Shown here in pieces: positions 31,841-42,631 of a DNA stretch of 64,000 bases. Each line of letters opens with the position of its first letter. Position 1 is the first letter of the stretch. The position numbers were made by a program, and so were the translations under genes. The DNA comes from Nitrospirales bacterium (GTDB taxonomy: Bacteria > Nitrospirota > Nitrospiria > Nitrospirales > UBA8639). The stretch spans positions 320,001 to 384,000 of the forward strand of contig CBDCWC010000003.1 in assembly GCA_965223295.1 (NCBI GenBank). The letters run 5' to 3'. The notes under the pieces are model-generated. The model made no database searches and had not been told where the DNA came from. It worked only from the letters and a program-made list of their open reading frames with translations.

Positions 31841-32389
31841 CTAGGATTCCATGGGAACACCCTCAAAACCCATAGTGGCCAAGTAAGGAAGATTTCGATA
31901 TTTTTGCTTAAAGTCTAAACCGTAACCCACAACATAGGTTGACGGTACTTCAAAACCCACATATCGTGGATGAAAATGAATTTCTCGATTAGCTGGTTTA
32001 TCTAACAACGTACATAGCTCAACAGATAGTGGCCCATGTTTTCGTAAGTTAGAAACCAAGAAGTCTGCCGTAAGACCTGAATCAACGATATCTTCTATCA
32101 GCAAGACATGCCTATCAGAAATCTTCTCGGTCAATTCCGTCCATAATTTGACCATTTTTGGTGGATGCCCAACTTTCTGTGTGCCTTTGGCAATGAGAAA
32201 ATCAATATGGATGGGCAATTGAATAACTCGAACCAAATCGGCGAAAAAGACATAGGCCCCTTTGAGAACCCCCACCACAACGAGATCTTTGCCCTGATAA
32301 TCTTGCGAAATCTGGTGTCCTAATTCCTGAATACGCGTACACATGGCTTCCTGGGTCACAAAGGGTTTTCCAAAAATTTCCGGCATCAA
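31841..32389 (-). CDS. hpt: Hypoxanthine phosphoribosyltransferase (divergent)
   Basis: VLKGA, IEDIVDSGLT PRPP motif, VVGYGLD, YRNLPY; located between tilS and ftsH. Confidence 0.88.
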   Translation of the reverse strand: MMPEIFGKPFVTQEAMCTRIQELGHQISQDYQGKDLVVVGVLKGAYVFFADLVRVIQLPIHIDFLIAKGTQKVGHPPKMVKLWTELTEKISDRHVLLIEDIVDSGLTADFLVSNLRKHGPLSVELCTLLDKPANREIHFHPRYVGFEVPSTYVVGYGLDFKQKYRNLPYLATMGFEGVPMES

Positions 32390-32398
32390 ATAATCCGC

Positions 32399-33826
32399 TC
32401 AGTCGTCAATGGTCGCAACAACAATTGATGATGTTGCGGATGTCACTCGAAACCGTTCATCCGCTCGCAAACCCCCAACCCAAAGAATACCTTCTGGGGC
32501 AACCAACAACGGTACTTTTTTGCGTTGCGAACGGGGGAGCTTAATATCCGAAAAAAAATCTTGGAGCTTCTTCCTCTTCCCACCCATGCCTGTCGGGCAA
32601 AAGACATCTCCTGGCTTATAGTTACGGAGAGTCAATTTAGGGGTAAACGTGTCAACATCAAGACGCAGCGACAACTTCTGTGGGTGGCTAGAAGTTTTTA
32701 AATCCTGTTTCAAGGAAACAGCCATCGATTGACCTGTCAACGGCCACGCAGCGGCTCCTGGAATCTCGAGGTCGACTTCTGTCGATAGATCATTATCCAT
32801 CTGATGCGTCCCAACTTCTTTGATTTGAGAAAAAATGAGTCGATCATATTCCTGAGTCACCTGAACGTTCTTCGTAGCCAAGGTCCAGCCAGATTGCCGA
32901 TGCTGCAAGCAAGAGAGCAACTCTTGAACGATATCAAAGCGAGGCCCTTGGGTATGTCCCATGATCTCCTGAAAACTCTGGCGAACCACGCGCCGTCGAA
33001 TCGATACTGGCAATGTCAGTAATCCGGTTCGTGTTAACGTAATTGTTCCCACACCTTGAGCTAAGATGTTTTTTTGAAACGCTTCGGCTGCGACTTCTTC
33101 AAGATACGCATGGTCCTCAGAAAGAATCTCAGCTTGCCGCGCCAGGACCTTTACGATTCCAGGCGAGATATCTTTGAGTTGAGGCAGCAGGTCCTGACGA
33201 AGACGATTTCGGAAATATACGGGCTGGCTATTTGAAGAGTCGATTCGCCATTTCAACTTCTGTTTCTTCAAATAGGACATAATGTCACTCCGGGGAATAC
33301 CAAGAAGTGGACGAACAATGCGTTCTCCCCGTCTCATGGGGATACCACTCAACCCTCCAGTGCCACTGCCCCGGAGCATCCACATCACAACAGTTTCGGC
33401 TTGATCATCAGCAGTATGCCCAGTCACAATTTTTGTGGCACGACGCTCTTCGAAAATATTCACCAGTGCTTGATACCGAACCTCCCTCGCATATGCTTGG
33501 AAGGACTGTTTAGAAAGTTTCGCATTCTGCTTATTGAGTGGAACCTCACAAATACTGACGGGGATACCAAAATGAGCCCCAAGCTCTTTCACAAAGACTG
33601 CGTCCTCTTCACTTTCACGTCCCCGAAGGCCATGGTTGACATGCCCAATACTAAGAGCCCAATTCCATCGTGCTGACAAGGCCGTTAAGCAAGCCAACAG
33701 AGCAACGGAATCTGGTCCTCCAGATACCGCCACTACAAGATGCTCACCCGCACTCAAGAGGTCACGGGTCTTGATCATTTGATGGACTCTTTCTTCCATT
33801 TTTAACAGAGGAGTTAACTTGCCCAT
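32399..33826 (-). CDS. tilS: tRNA(Ile)-lysidine synthase
   Basis: AVSGGPDS, HVNHGLR, GHTADDQAET, RPLL, RNRLR. Confidence 0.96.
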   Translation of the reverse strand: MGKLTPLLKMEERVHQMIKTRDLLSAGEHLVVAVSGGPDSVALLACLTALSARWNWALSIGHVNHGLRGRESEEDAVFVKELGAHFGIPVSICEVPLNKQNAKLSKQSFQAYAREVRYQALVNIFEERRATKIVTGHTADDQAETVVMWMLRGSGTGGLSGIPMRRGERIVRPLLGIPRSDIMSYLKKQKLKWRIDSSNSQPVYFRNRLRQDLLPQLKDISPGIVKVLARQAEILSEDHAYLEEVAAEAFQKNILAQGVGTITLTRTGLLTLPVSIRRRVVRQSFQEIMGHTQGPRFDIVQELLSCLQHRQSGWTLATKNVQVTQEYDRLIFSQIKEVGTHQMDNDLSTEVDLEIPGAAAWPLTGQSMAVSLKQDLKTSSHPQKLSLRLDVDTFTPKLTLRNYKPGDVFCPTGMGGKRKKLQDFFSDIKLPRSQRKKVPLLVAPEGILWVGGLRADERFRVTSATSSIVVATIDD

Positions 33827-33839
33827 TTTGCGACTATCA

Positions 33840-34787
33840 TCAGATATGTGCGGAATTGTCTTGGTACTTCTTTAAAATTTCTCTGGCCTGGATTCCATCT
33901 TGATCCATTTGCTTCAGCAAATCTCTGACGCTAGGAAAAGTCTTATCTTCCCTGATCTGCTCAATAAATAGGACCGACAGAATTTTGCCGTACAATTGCG
34001 GCATTTGATCAAAAATGTGGACCTCTAAGAAACGTTCCCCTTCTTGAAATGTAGGCCGCGTGCCAATATACGCTACAGAAGGAAAAAGGACGCCATCAAC
34101 CTCAGCCAACGTGGCATAGATGCCATCGGCAGGATGCACACGGTGAGAGGGAATACGAATGTTGGCCGTCGGCCACCCTATTTCACGTCCACGCTTTTCT
34201 CCCTCAACCACCGGACCTGCTAGCCGATAGGGCCGGCCCAAGCATGCCCGCCCATCCACCACATTGCCGGAGGTCACCCCCTTTCTAATACGGGTGGAGC
34301 TCACCACGTCACCGTTCAACATCACAGGCTCCACAGGTTGAACCTCAAAATGAGCCTGTTCCCCTAACCGTACTAAATCTTGGATCGTCCCATTGCGTTC
34401 TTTTCCAAAAACAAAGTTTTCACCAACCAGTAATTGTCGAACTCCCAATCCATCATGTAAGACCTGCTGCACAAATAGATCCGGCGTAAGCCTGGCCAAC
34501 TCGAGGGTAAAAGGAAGCATGATCAGCTCAGCGATCCCCAATTGCTTAAAAAAATGGCACTTGTCTTGGGGGTCAGATAAGAACTTAGGATGGGTCCCTG
34601 GTCGCAAGACTTCGATAGGGTGCGGATCAAACGTCAGCACCATGGGAACACCATGATGACGCCGGGCTTGTTCAATGACCGCGTCGATTAAGGCACGATG
34701 GCCGATGTGCGGACCATCGAAATTTCCAATGGTCAAGACAGGGAACGTAGCAAGCGGGGCTGACGGCAAACCTCTTGTAATATTCAT
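33840..34787 (-). CDS. ribF: Bifunctional riboflavin kinase/FAD synthetase
   Basis: [29 protein letters not shown]. Confidence 0.96.
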   Translation of the reverse strand: MNITRGLPSAPLATFPVLTIGNFDGPHIGHRALIDAVIEQARRHHGVPMVLTFDPHPIEVLRPGTHPKFLSDPQDKCHFFKQLGIAELIMLPFTLELARLTPDLFVQQVLHDGLGVRQLLVGENFVFGKERNGTIQDLVRLGEQAHFEVQPVEPVMLNGDVVSSTRIRKGVTSGNVVDGRACLGRPYRLAGPVVEGEKRGREIGWPTANIRIPSHRVHPADGIYATLAEVDGVLFPSVAYIGTRPTFQEGERFLEVHIFDQMPQLYGKILSVLFIEQIREDKTFPSVRDLLKQMDQDGIQAREILKKYQDNSAHI

Positions 34788-35767
34788 AGGTCATGTTGAT
34801 TGAGAAGCTGAGCAGCTTCCTTCGCAAAATACGTGAGGATAAGATCCGCTCCTGCACGTTTAATGGAGAGGAGGCTTTCCATCATGACCGAAGATTCATC
34901 AATCCAGTTTTGCTGGGCAGCTGCTTTAATCATGCTGTACTCACCACTGACCTGATAGGCTGCCACTGGCACACAAGCCATTTCACGCACCTGCTGAAGA
35001 ATATCCAAATACAGTAGAGCAGGCTTCACCATCACAATATCAGCCCCTTCGTCCATATCTAATTGGACTTCCCTTATCGCTTCCCGGGCATTCGCCGCAT
35101 CCATCTGATACGAACGCCGATCACCAAAAGACGGGCAAGAAAACGCTGCGTCACGGAATGGAGCGTATAAGGCCGACGCAAATTTTGCGGAATAAGACAT
35201 GATCGGCATATCCACAAAACCCTGCTGATCTAACGCCCCACGAAGAGCTTGAACTCGTCCATCCATCATATCCGATGGCGCGACCATATCAACTCCTGCC
35301 TCAGCATGACTTAGCGCCATGGCTTGCAGACACTCCAAAGTCTCATCGTTCAGAATGCGGCCATCCCGGACAATACCGCAATGGCCATGGGAAGTGTATT
35401 CATCAATACAGACATCAGTAATGACCATTAAATCAGGGAGATGATTCTTCAGCTCGCGAATCGCACACTGCACCACGCCATCTTTGTCCAACGCGGAAGT
35501 TCCCCGTTCATCTTTGTGCTCCGGAATCCCAAAGAGAATGACTGCTGGCACACCAAGATCCCAAACCTCTCGAGATTTTTGAATCAGTTGATCTACGGAC
35601 CAGCGAAATTGGCCCGGCATGGAAACAATCGGTTCTTGTTTATTTTTCCCAAACGTGACAAACAGAGGGAAAATCAAGTCAGCAGGGGTCAATCGGGTTT
35701 CCTGCACCATGCGCCTCAAAGAAGCATGTTGGCGAAGCCGCCGCATTCGATGAATTGGAAATCCCAT
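34784..35767 (-). CDS. hemB: Porphobilinogen synthase
   Basis: [34 protein letters not shown]. Confidence 0.97.
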   Translation of the reverse strand: MGFPIHRMRRLRQHASLRRMVQETRLTPADLIFPLFVTFGKNKQEPIVSMPGQFRWSVDQLIQKSREVWDLGVPAVILFGIPEHKDERGTSALDKDGVVQCAIRELKNHLPDLMVITDVCIDEYTSHGHCGIVRDGRILNDETLECLQAMALSHAEAGVDMVAPSDMMDGRVQALRGALDQQGFVDMPIMSYSAKFASALYAPFRDAAFSCPSFGDRRSYQMDAANAREAIREVQLDMDEGADIVMVKPALLYLDILQQVREMACVPVAAYQVSGEYSMIKAAAQQNWIDESSVMMESLLSIKRAGADLILTYFAKEAAQLLNQHDL

Positions 35768-35881
35768 TTCTGCTCCTACTTGTACTCTAGTGGCTTATCT
35801 CAGATGCATTGCTCTCAATACGCATGATTCCATCATGCAGACATAAAATACCGCTAATCATGGAATCTGAAATTGTGGATG

Positions 35882-36274
35882 TTATTTTCGAGGAAGATTG
35901 GTTAAAAAAACGACAAGGTCTCGAACGGAAATCATCCCGACCATCGCTCCGTCTTTAGTAATCCCCAAATGCCGAATATGTTGTTGGGCCATTAAATCAT
36001 TGGCATCCAACAGCGTCCGATTTCCTTCAATGGATGCAATGGGAGCAGACATGATCTGTTCAACCGTTGTCGTCCGAGGATCAGATCCGGCTGCAACAAC
36101 TCGCCGGACTAAATCCGTATCCGTCACAATCCCAATAATTTCACCGCCACTCATGACAAAGATACTGCCAATCCCGCTGTCGCGCATCATTTCCGCAGCA
36201 GTTTTAACCGACACATCCCGGTCAACTTTGACAATTTTTTCTATTGGGACCATACATGACTTGACTGGAACCAT
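35882..36274 (-). CDS. CBS-domain pair protein
   Basis: Two CBS repeats (IIGIVTDTDL, MVGMISVRDL). Confidence 0.9.
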   Translation of the reverse strand: MVPVKSCMVPIEKIVKVDRDVSVKTAAEMMRDSGIGSIFVMSGGEIIGIVTDTDLVRRVVAAGSDPRTTTVEQIMSAPIASIEGNRTLLDANDLMAQQHIRHLGITKDGAMVGMISVRDLVVFLTNLPRK

Positions 36275-36310
36275 GGCTCTACTCCTCCCATCAATCGGTT
36301 AACAAGACAT

Positions 36311-36452
36311 GGGCACCTCTAAAAACTGTCCTTTTCCCTGATGGCGACGTCAGCGTCGTGCTCAAATCCTCATGTATTCCCATTATACACTCCGGTTCTC
36401 CGCGCGCCGCTTCCTTGCCTTCAGAAAAAATCATCAGTTTTTAGAGGTGCCC
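36311..36452 (-). mobile_element. MITE family B, copy 2
   Basis: Same 18-bp perfect TIR; 4-bp direct repeat ACAT; inverted relative to 15868-16008. Confidence 0.9.
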
Positions 36453-36495
36453 ACATGATGCTGACAGAGTCGTCTACGATTCTTCATGACCATTC

Positions 36496-38055
36496 TCATG
36501 ATAAGTGCGCAGGACGAGAACTCTGCCTGGCATGCGCCACAATAGCATCAACCAACGCCGGCACGGTATTTTTCTGTGCCACAATATCAACTGGCAAGCC
36601 TACATCTCGAACTGTTTGGGCCGTAATCGGGCCTATGCATGCAACCACCGCATCCTGAATCAACGTCCGAACCGCCTGATGATTGCCAAACAACTGACAA
36701 AAGTTTTTCACCGTCGATGAACTGGTAAAGGTCAGATACTGAATATCTCGATTATGGAAACGGTCAAAAATTGGCTCCCGTTCCGCTTCAGGTGGCACAG
36801 CCTGATATCCATGCACCACTCGAACATCCGCACCCATCTCCGCCAATTGTTCTGGAAGAATCTCACGAGCAATTGTCGCTCGAGGAATCAATATTCTTTT
36901 TCCTTTGATATCTGATTTTCCTAAACCTTCCAAAATTCCTTCAGCTTGAAATTCTTTGGGAATGAGGTCAGCCACAAGTCCCCAATGGCTCGCTTCTTCG
37001 GCCGTCCGAGGCCCAATGCAACAAAGTTTTGCATTCGCAAAACTTCGGGCATCTTTTTGACGAAATCTCACACGCTGCATAAATGATTGGACGCCATTCA
37101 CACTCGTAAAAATTACCCAATCGTAAGTGGAAAGTTGATCGATCGCCTCATCAACTGGACGCCAGCTCTCAGGGGGACAAATTTCCAATGTGGGACATTC
37201 AATAGGCTCAGCCCCATGCGCAGCCAACAAATTTGACAGAGCCGGTGCTTGTGCACGTGGTCGTGTAACTAACACGCCTTTTCCGAATAACGGTTGTATT
37301 TCGCACCAATTGAGACGGTCACGTAATCGGACAACCTCCCCTACAACAATCACCGTTGGCGGACTAAGATCAGCTTTTCTGACTTGTTCCACAATATCCC
37401 CTAACGTCCCAACAACCGTTTTCTGACGAGCATAGGTGCCCCATCGAATAGCAGCAATAGGCGTTGTCGCAGACTTTCCCTGCTCAAGTAACTGATCCAC
37501 GATATGCGGAAGATTCTTGGTGCCCATTAAAAACACAAGCGTCCCTTCGGCAGATGCAAGACGAGGCCATTCCATGGCGCTTGAGGATTTCGTCGGATCT
37601 TCGTGACCTGCCACAAAGGCTACAGTCGACGCGAAAGTTCTGTGGGTCACCGGAATTCCTGCATAAGCTGGAACTGCAACAGCAGCCGTGACTCCAGGAA
37701 CGACCGTAAATGGAATTCCAGCCTCAGCCATAGCTTCAGCTTCTTCACCGCCCCGCCCAAATACGAATGGATCCCCGCCCTTCAACCGCACGACGCAACG
37801 ACCGTCTTGAGCCTTAGTCACCAGTAACTGGTTAATGTCAGCTTGGTCTCGATAGGACCCGCGTCCTTTCCGGCCAACATATATCCGCTCGGCTTGGGTT
37901 GGTGCATGTTTTAATATTTCTGGATTGGCTAAATGGTCATACAGCACCACATCGGCCATCTCTAGACATTCTCGTCCACGCAACGTTAGGAGTTTGGCAT
38001 CGCCTGGACCTGCCCCCACAAGATAGACCTGCCCGAGAGTTTGAGAAATTGCCAT
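36496..38055 (-). CDS. cobA: Fused uroporphyrinogen-III C-methyltransferase / uroporphyrinogen-III synthase (CobA-HemD)
   Basis: VYLVGAGPGD, RLKGGDPFVFGRGGEE; HemD part VLVTRP, IFTSVNGV, FTSSSTV, CIGPIT. Start set 1 nt past the hemC stop. Confidence 0.93.
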   Translation of the reverse strand: MAISQTLGQVYLVGAGPGDAKLLTLRGRECLEMADVVLYDHLANPEILKHAPTQAERIYVGRKGRGSYRDQADINQLLVTKAQDGRCVVRLKGGDPFVFGRGGEEAEAMAEAGIPFTVVPGVTAAVAVPAYAGIPVTHRTFASTVAFVAGHEDPTKSSSAMEWPRLASAEGTLVFLMGTKNLPHIVDQLLEQGKSATTPIAAIRWGTYARQKTVVGTLGDIVEQVRKADLSPPTVIVVGEVVRLRDRLNWCEIQPLFGKGVLVTRPRAQAPALSNLLAAHGAEPIECPTLEICPPESWRPVDEAIDQLSTYDWVIFTSVNGVQSFMQRVRFRQKDARSFANAKLCCIGPRTAEEASHWGLVADLIPKEFQAEGILEGLGKSDIKGKRILIPRATIAREILPEQLAEMGADVRVVHGYQAVPPEAEREPIFDRFHNRDIQYLTFTSSSTVKNFCQLFGNHQAVRTLIQDAVVACIGPITAQTVRDVGLPVDIVAQKNTVPALVDAIVAHARQSSRPAHLS

Positions 38056-38056
38056 G

Positions 38057-39004
38057 TCAGGCTGCACCATAAATTTCCTGAAGAATAGATTCTGCTCCAC
38101 GGCTTAATAGTTCTTCCGCGACATGTGTCCCAAGAGAATCAGCGTCATCCGGAGATCCTGTCTTTGAAATACGCACATATTGCTTACCATCTAAACTCGC
38201 CACTAAGCCATCTAATGTGAGGATCGCATCTTGAAGAGTAGCATGACCAGCAATTGGCACCTGGCATCCTCCTTCCAGACGTTTTAACAACGCACGCTCA
38301 GCCATTACGGTGATACGAGTTGGATGATGCTCAAGCTTCGCCACCAAGTTTTCGACAAAATCATCGTCTTCCCGGCCCTCAATTCCTAGAGCTCCCTGTC
38401 CAATTGCGGGGAGACTAACCATGACAGGGAGATATTCGGTAACATGTTCATCCCACCCCAAGCGCTTGAGCCCGGAGGCCGCCAGAACAATGGCATCGAA
38501 CTGCTCGTCTTTTAGCTTACGCAATCGGGTATCAACATTCCCTCGCAACATCTCAATCTTGAGATCTGGCCGCGCATGTAGCAATTGCGACTGCCGACGT
38601 AAGCTACTTGTTCCCACTCGTGCACCAACCGGCAATGCATCTAGGCTTTTTACTTCACGAGCAATCAACGCATCCCTGGGATCTTCTCGTTCAGGGATAC
38701 AATTAATATGCAAGCCACTGGGCAGCTCAGCGGGCACATCTTTCATGCTATGGACGGCTAGATCAATATCTTTTCGCAACAACGCTTCTTCAATTTCCTT
38801 CACAAACAGTCCTTTACCGCCAACTTTGGCCAAAGGCACATCCTGAATTTTATCTCCGCTTGTCTGAATTCGCTTAAGAACAATTGAGAGATCCGGAGCA
38901 ATGAGTTTGAGCTGACGTTGCACCCATTCAGCCTGCCAAAGAGCCAACTGACTACTGCGGGTTCCAATAACAAGGGTGGAACGTGCGTCCGTAGCCAAAC
39001 TCAC
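38057..39004 (-). CDS. hemC: Hydroxymethylbilane synthase
   Basis: IGTRSSQLALWQA, AVHSMKDVP, GTSSLRR, LEGGCQVP. Confidence 0.97.
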   Translation of the reverse strand: MSLATDARSTLVIGTRSSQLALWQAEWVQRQLKLIAPDLSIVLKRIQTSGDKIQDVPLAKVGGKGLFVKEIEEALLRKDIDLAVHSMKDVPAELPSGLHINCIPEREDPRDALIAREVKSLDALPVGARVGTSSLRRQSQLLHARPDLKIEMLRGNVDTRLRKLKDEQFDAIVLAASGLKRLGWDEHVTEYLPVMVSLPAIGQGALGIEGREDDDFVENLVAKLEHHPTRITVMAERALLKRLEGGCQVPIAGHATLQDAILTLDGLVASLDGKQYVRISKTGSPDDADSLGTHVAEELLSRGAESILQEIYGAA

Positions 39005-40359
39005 AGCACATCTTTCCGAGATAGTGAGCTTTCCGGAGCCTCATCGTGCTTCTCAGGCTCTATGGACTGAGACTCTATCGAATGCAGTTCTCGTTCCCGA
39101 AGCTCGAAAAACCGCCTGGCCGCTTCAATGAAAGCAAATCCATTTTGTGACTGGGCTTCCGCTTTTAATGTCACCAATGGCCCATGAAGCAGCTTATTCA
39201 CAATCGCCGATGCCAACCCTTCGATGGCCACACGGTCTTTTTCACAGACATCGCCTAACCGACTATAGGCTTTTTCTAATTCACTATTCTTAATATCTTC
39301 CGCTTTTTTCCTGAGGGCGACAATTGTGGGCGTCGCCTCTAACCCTCGAACCCAGGCCACCATACTTTCCACTTCTTCTTTCACTAATTTTTCAGCCATC
39401 TCAGCTTCTTTCAACCGTTCACCTTGATTCTGTCCCACATGAGCTTTCAGGTCATCAATGTCAAAGACAAAAGCGTTATCCACATCCTTCACCGCAGGAT
39501 CGATATTTCTAGGTACACTGATATCAATCAAAAAGATAGGCCGATTCATTCGTTGTTGAACCGCTCCCTCAACATCTGATTGAGAAATGACAAAGTGAGG
39601 CGCTCCCGTTGCACAAATCACAATGTCGGCTTTCGGTAAGGTACTACGAAGTTGTTCATAGGGAACGGCATGCCCTTGAAAACGCTCGGCCAACGTCAAC
39701 GCTCGGTGTTGGTTACGCGTCGTCAATAACACTTCCTTGACGCCATGATTCACCAAATGTTGAGCGGCCAGTTTTCCCATTTCCCCCGCTCCAACCAATA
39801 GCACCACCCGTTCCTGAAGATTAGAAAAAACTTTCTTGGCTAACTCGACTGCGGCATAACTGATAGAGACCGCATATTCACCAATCCGAGTATTCGTTCG
39901 GACATTCTTCCCAACGGAAATAGCTTTCTTGACAACTTTATTAAGAATGACCCCAGAGGAACGATGCGTTAGCGCACACTCATAGGCTTCCTTCACCTGC
40001 CCAAGAATTTGGGGTTCACCCACGACCATGGAATCTAAACTGGCCGACACTCGAAAGAGATGCGCGATTGCTTCATCATCACTGTAGCGGTATAAATGCG
40101 GCAACAAATCTTGAGATGATAGAGACAAATGCGTCGAGACGAGAAAATCTTCCAGCTTTCGAAATCCCCATTCGCCTTTTTCAACAACGGCATAGACCTC
40201 AACCCGGTTACAGGTACCTAAATACATGGCCTCCTTCACTCCGGGATACGCCCGCAACCGACCTAACGCTTCCCCCATACGACTATCGGGAATCGACAAC
40301 AATTCTCGAAGTTCCACCGGGGCTGTTCGGTGACTGAGTCCTAATGCGATGATATTCAT
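39001..40359 (-). CDS. hemA: Glutamyl-tRNA reductase
   Basis: GLSHRTAP, TCNRVE, GEPQILGQ, GAGEMG, DISVPRNI. ATG 40359 overlaps the upstream stop (ATGA). Confidence 0.96.
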   Translation of the reverse strand: MNIIALGLSHRTAPVELRELLSIPDSRMGEALGRLRAYPGVKEAMYLGTCNRVEVYAVVEKGEWGFRKLEDFLVSTHLSLSSQDLLPHLYRYSDDEAIAHLFRVSASLDSMVVGEPQILGQVKEAYECALTHRSSGVILNKVVKKAISVGKNVRTNTRIGEYAVSISYAAVELAKKVFSNLQERVVLLVGAGEMGKLAAQHLVNHGVKEVLLTTRNQHRALTLAERFQGHAVPYEQLRSTLPKADIVICATGAPHFVISQSDVEGAVQQRMNRPIFLIDISVPRNIDPAVKDVDNAFVFDIDDLKAHVGQNQGERLKEAEMAEKLVKEEVESMVAWVRGLEATPTIVALRKKAEDIKNSELEKAYSRLGDVCEKDRVAIEGLASAIVNKLLHGPLVTLKAEAQSQNGFAFIEAARRFFELRERELHSIESQSIEPEKHDEAPESSLSRKDVL

Positions 40360-41165
40360 AAATGTGCAATGCCTTGAGGACTTTTTAAGAGAATCCCCAC
40401 AAACGTTAGGATCACCCCTGCAAACCCGACAATGGTCAAATAGGCGGCCCGTTTTGCTCGCCAACCCGCAGTGACCCTTCCCATGAGCACCACAAAATAA
40501 AAGACCCAGGTAATCAGGGCCCACACTTGCTCAGGATTCCAACTCAGATACGAACCAATGGTTAACTGAGCAGAAACCGCTCCTGTCAAAATTCCTAACG
40601 TTAAGAGAGGAAATCCGAAAAGAATAGAACGTTGATTGAGCATATCCAAAAAATCCAAGGGCGGGAGTTTGAAATTTAAGACATTAAATTGCTTAGATTT
40701 CAACAAGTGTTCCTGCATCAGATACATCAACCCAGCCACAAATGCCACAGCAAATCCGATAGTGCCAAGGATGCTTAAAGTGACATGAACCCAAACTGCT
40801 TGAAACACAGGAACCACCGTCCCAGCCTCCACTGGAGCCAATGTCGCAGAGACCATTGAGAGGAAGGCCAGAGGAAGTATAAAGGCCCCTAATACCTGCA
40901 ACCCACGTTTTAATCCAACTACCAAAAAGACCAAAACTAACCCCCAGGCAAAAAAGGACATGGCCCCCCGAAAAGTCATGATCGGCACCTGTCCCATCGC
41001 CACCATGGCTAAACCCAAGGCAACCGTGTGGGCCAAAAACCCTGCACCCGCCACAACAACAGACACTCGAGACAGCCCTTCCGAGCGATGAAGAAGGAAT
41101 GCAAGAAAAAGCAGCGTTCCTACAAAATACAGGCCCATTGTCAGAAAGGACAATGTTTCAGACAT
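40356..41165 (-). CDS. ccsA: Cytochrome c assembly protein CcsA/HemX-like
   Basis: Multi-TM; conserved His, GFPLLTLG, WNPEQVWALITW (WWD-like); directly upstream of hemA. Confidence 0.82.
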   Translation of the reverse strand: MSETLSFLTMGLYFVGTLLFLAFLLHRSEGLSRVSVVVAGAGFLAHTVALGLAMVAMGQVPIMTFRGAMSFFAWGLVLVFLVVGLKRGLQVLGAFILPLAFLSMVSATLAPVEAGTVVPVFQAVWVHVTLSILGTIGFAVAFVAGLMYLMQEHLLKSKQFNVLNFKLPPLDFLDMLNQRSILFGFPLLTLGILTGAVSAQLTIGSYLSWNPEQVWALITWVFYFVVLMGRVTAGWRAKRAAYLTIVGFAGVILTFVGILLKSPQGIAHL

Positions 41166-41207
41166 AGGATCCCCTCTCACTCAGACAGGTAAAAATACCC
41201 AAAATCG

Positions 41208-41236
41208 AGTATAGATCTGCTTCCAGAGAAGGTCAA
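41208..41236 (-). promoter_or_regulatory. Sigma-70 promoter for the ccsA-hem operon
   Basis: TTGACC-N17-TATACT on the minus strand. Confidence 0.7.
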
Positions 41237-41290
41237 GAAAATCAACAGGTTACTAGAGGGTACACGGAATGATAGGCATGCAATCTTTCC

Positions 41291-41319
41291 TAGACAATCT
41301 CCCACTGACGCAGTACCAT
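41291..41319 (+). promoter_or_regulatory. Putative sigma-70 promoter for rsmI
   Basis: TAGACA-N17-TACCAT. Confidence 0.5.
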
Positions 41320-41367
41320 GCCAAACTTTTTACAACTCCTAAAATCTCACAATTTGAGTCATCCATA

Positions 41368-42105
41368 ATGAGCGGCCAACTCTACATCGTCAGTACACCA
41401 ATTGGAAATTTGGAGGACATGTCATTCCGAGCAATACGAATTCTCAAAGAAGTGAGTGTTATCGCTGCAGAAGATACCCGCAGAACCCAAAAACTCTGTA
41501 ACTACTATCAAATCAGGACGCCGCTCACAAGCTACCATGATTTCAATAAAGAGGAAAAGACCGATATCCTGTTACATAGACTGCAAGAAGGTAGTCCAAT
41601 TGCCTTAGTGTGTGATTCTGGCACTCCATTGGTTTCTGACCCTGGATACTATCTAGTCAGTCGAGCGGTGAAAGCCAATATTCCCCTTGTTCCCATTCCT
41701 GGCCCCTCGTCCGTATTCGCCGCACTGTGCGTTTCTGGCCTCCCGACTGATCGATTTATCTTTGAAGGATTTGTGCCTAGAAAGTCAGGCGCACGAGAAA
41801 AGTTCTTTGAACAGCTTCAGAAAGAAATGGGAACAATTATCGTCTTTGAAACTCAACATCGAATCATTAAAACCTTACAGGCTATTCACAAGATGATGGG
41901 AAACCGTCAAATAGTCCTGACACGAGAACTGACAAAACTCAATGAGGAAATCATGCGCGGAGACGTGGAGGAAATATGCGCAATCTTAGGAAGGAAATCG
42001 ATTAAAGGAGAAATTACATTAGTCATTCAGGGCCTCCCTCAAAGAAAAACCAAACAAGGAACGTTCACCGATTCTAAGCGTCTTAAGAGTCCTCCTTTTG
42101 AATGA
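41368..42105 (+). CDS. rsmI: 16S rRNA C1402 2'-O-methyltransferase
   Basis: LYIVSTPIGNLED, AAEDTR, DSGTPLVSDPG, RELTK..EE. Confidence 0.95.
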   Translation: MSGQLYIVSTPIGNLEDMSFRAIRILKEVSVIAAEDTRRTQKLCNYYQIRTPLTSYHDFNKEEKTDILLHRLQEGSPIALVCDSGTPLVSDPGYYLVSRAVKANIPLVPIPGPSSVFAALCVSGLPTDRFIFEGFVPRKSGAREKFFEQLQKEMGTIIVFETQHRIIKTLQAIHKMMGNRQIVLTRELTKLNEEIMRGDVEEICAILGRKSIKGEITLVIQGLPQRKTKQGTFTDSKRLKSPPFE

Positions 42106-42307
42106 CAATTCGATAATGGTCATCAACTTTTTCTTTGGAGACTACTTGATGGCCTTCATTCTTGAGACTTTGGGGAACATTGTGAATCGGCTCTCCTTCA
42201 TCTAACAACACGGCTAATTGTGATCCTATTGCTAAAGTATCCAACTTTAGTTTCGTTTTCACAAAATTGTATGGACAAATCACGCCACGTAAATCTAGTT
42301 CTTCCAT
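42083..42307 (-). CDS. TusA/SirA-family sulfur carrier
   Basis: LDLRGVICPYN motif; 74 aa. Confidence 0.9.
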   Translation of the reverse strand: MEELDLRGVICPYNFVKTKLKLDTLAIGSQLAVLLDEGEPIHNVPQSLKNEGHQVVSKEKVDDHYRIVIQKEDS

Positions 42308-42345
42308 CGTTCTCTTAACCTATTTCTCTTGCTTAGAACTATTTT

Positions 42346-42534
42346 GGGTCTGTTGAAAAAAGCCACCAGCAGCGTTCCGTGCCTTCGCCGAGCCTGCTTC
42401 GCCACAGTGGTTACGAAGGCTGAAAGCGAATTCGCGCAGGCGAGCGAACTTTTTCGAACCGACCCTACGCTGTTGATCGCCAAGGGCTTCCTGGCGAAAT
42501 ATGGCCTTTGTTATCTCCATTATTCAATACTATT
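42346..42534 (+). mobile_element. MITE-like element family A, copy 3 (internally deleted, keeps nested insert)
   Basis: GGGTCTGTTGAAAAA start; ATTTT direct repeats; homologous to copy 2 in reverse. Confidence 0.8.
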
Positions 42535-42561
42535 ATTTTCTTGAAAAATAAACGGCCCATA

Positions 42562-42603
42562 ACAAAAGAGCGTGCCGGTTATAAAACCGACACGCTCTTT
42601 TGT
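42562..42603 (-). terminator. Intrinsic terminator after the 42632-43387 gene
   Basis: ACAAAAGAGCGTGCCGGTT / AACCGACACGCTCTTTTGT long stem with A/T tails. Confidence 0.85.
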
Positions 42604-42631
42604 AAGGTCTAGCTAGAATAAAAGTTATAGC

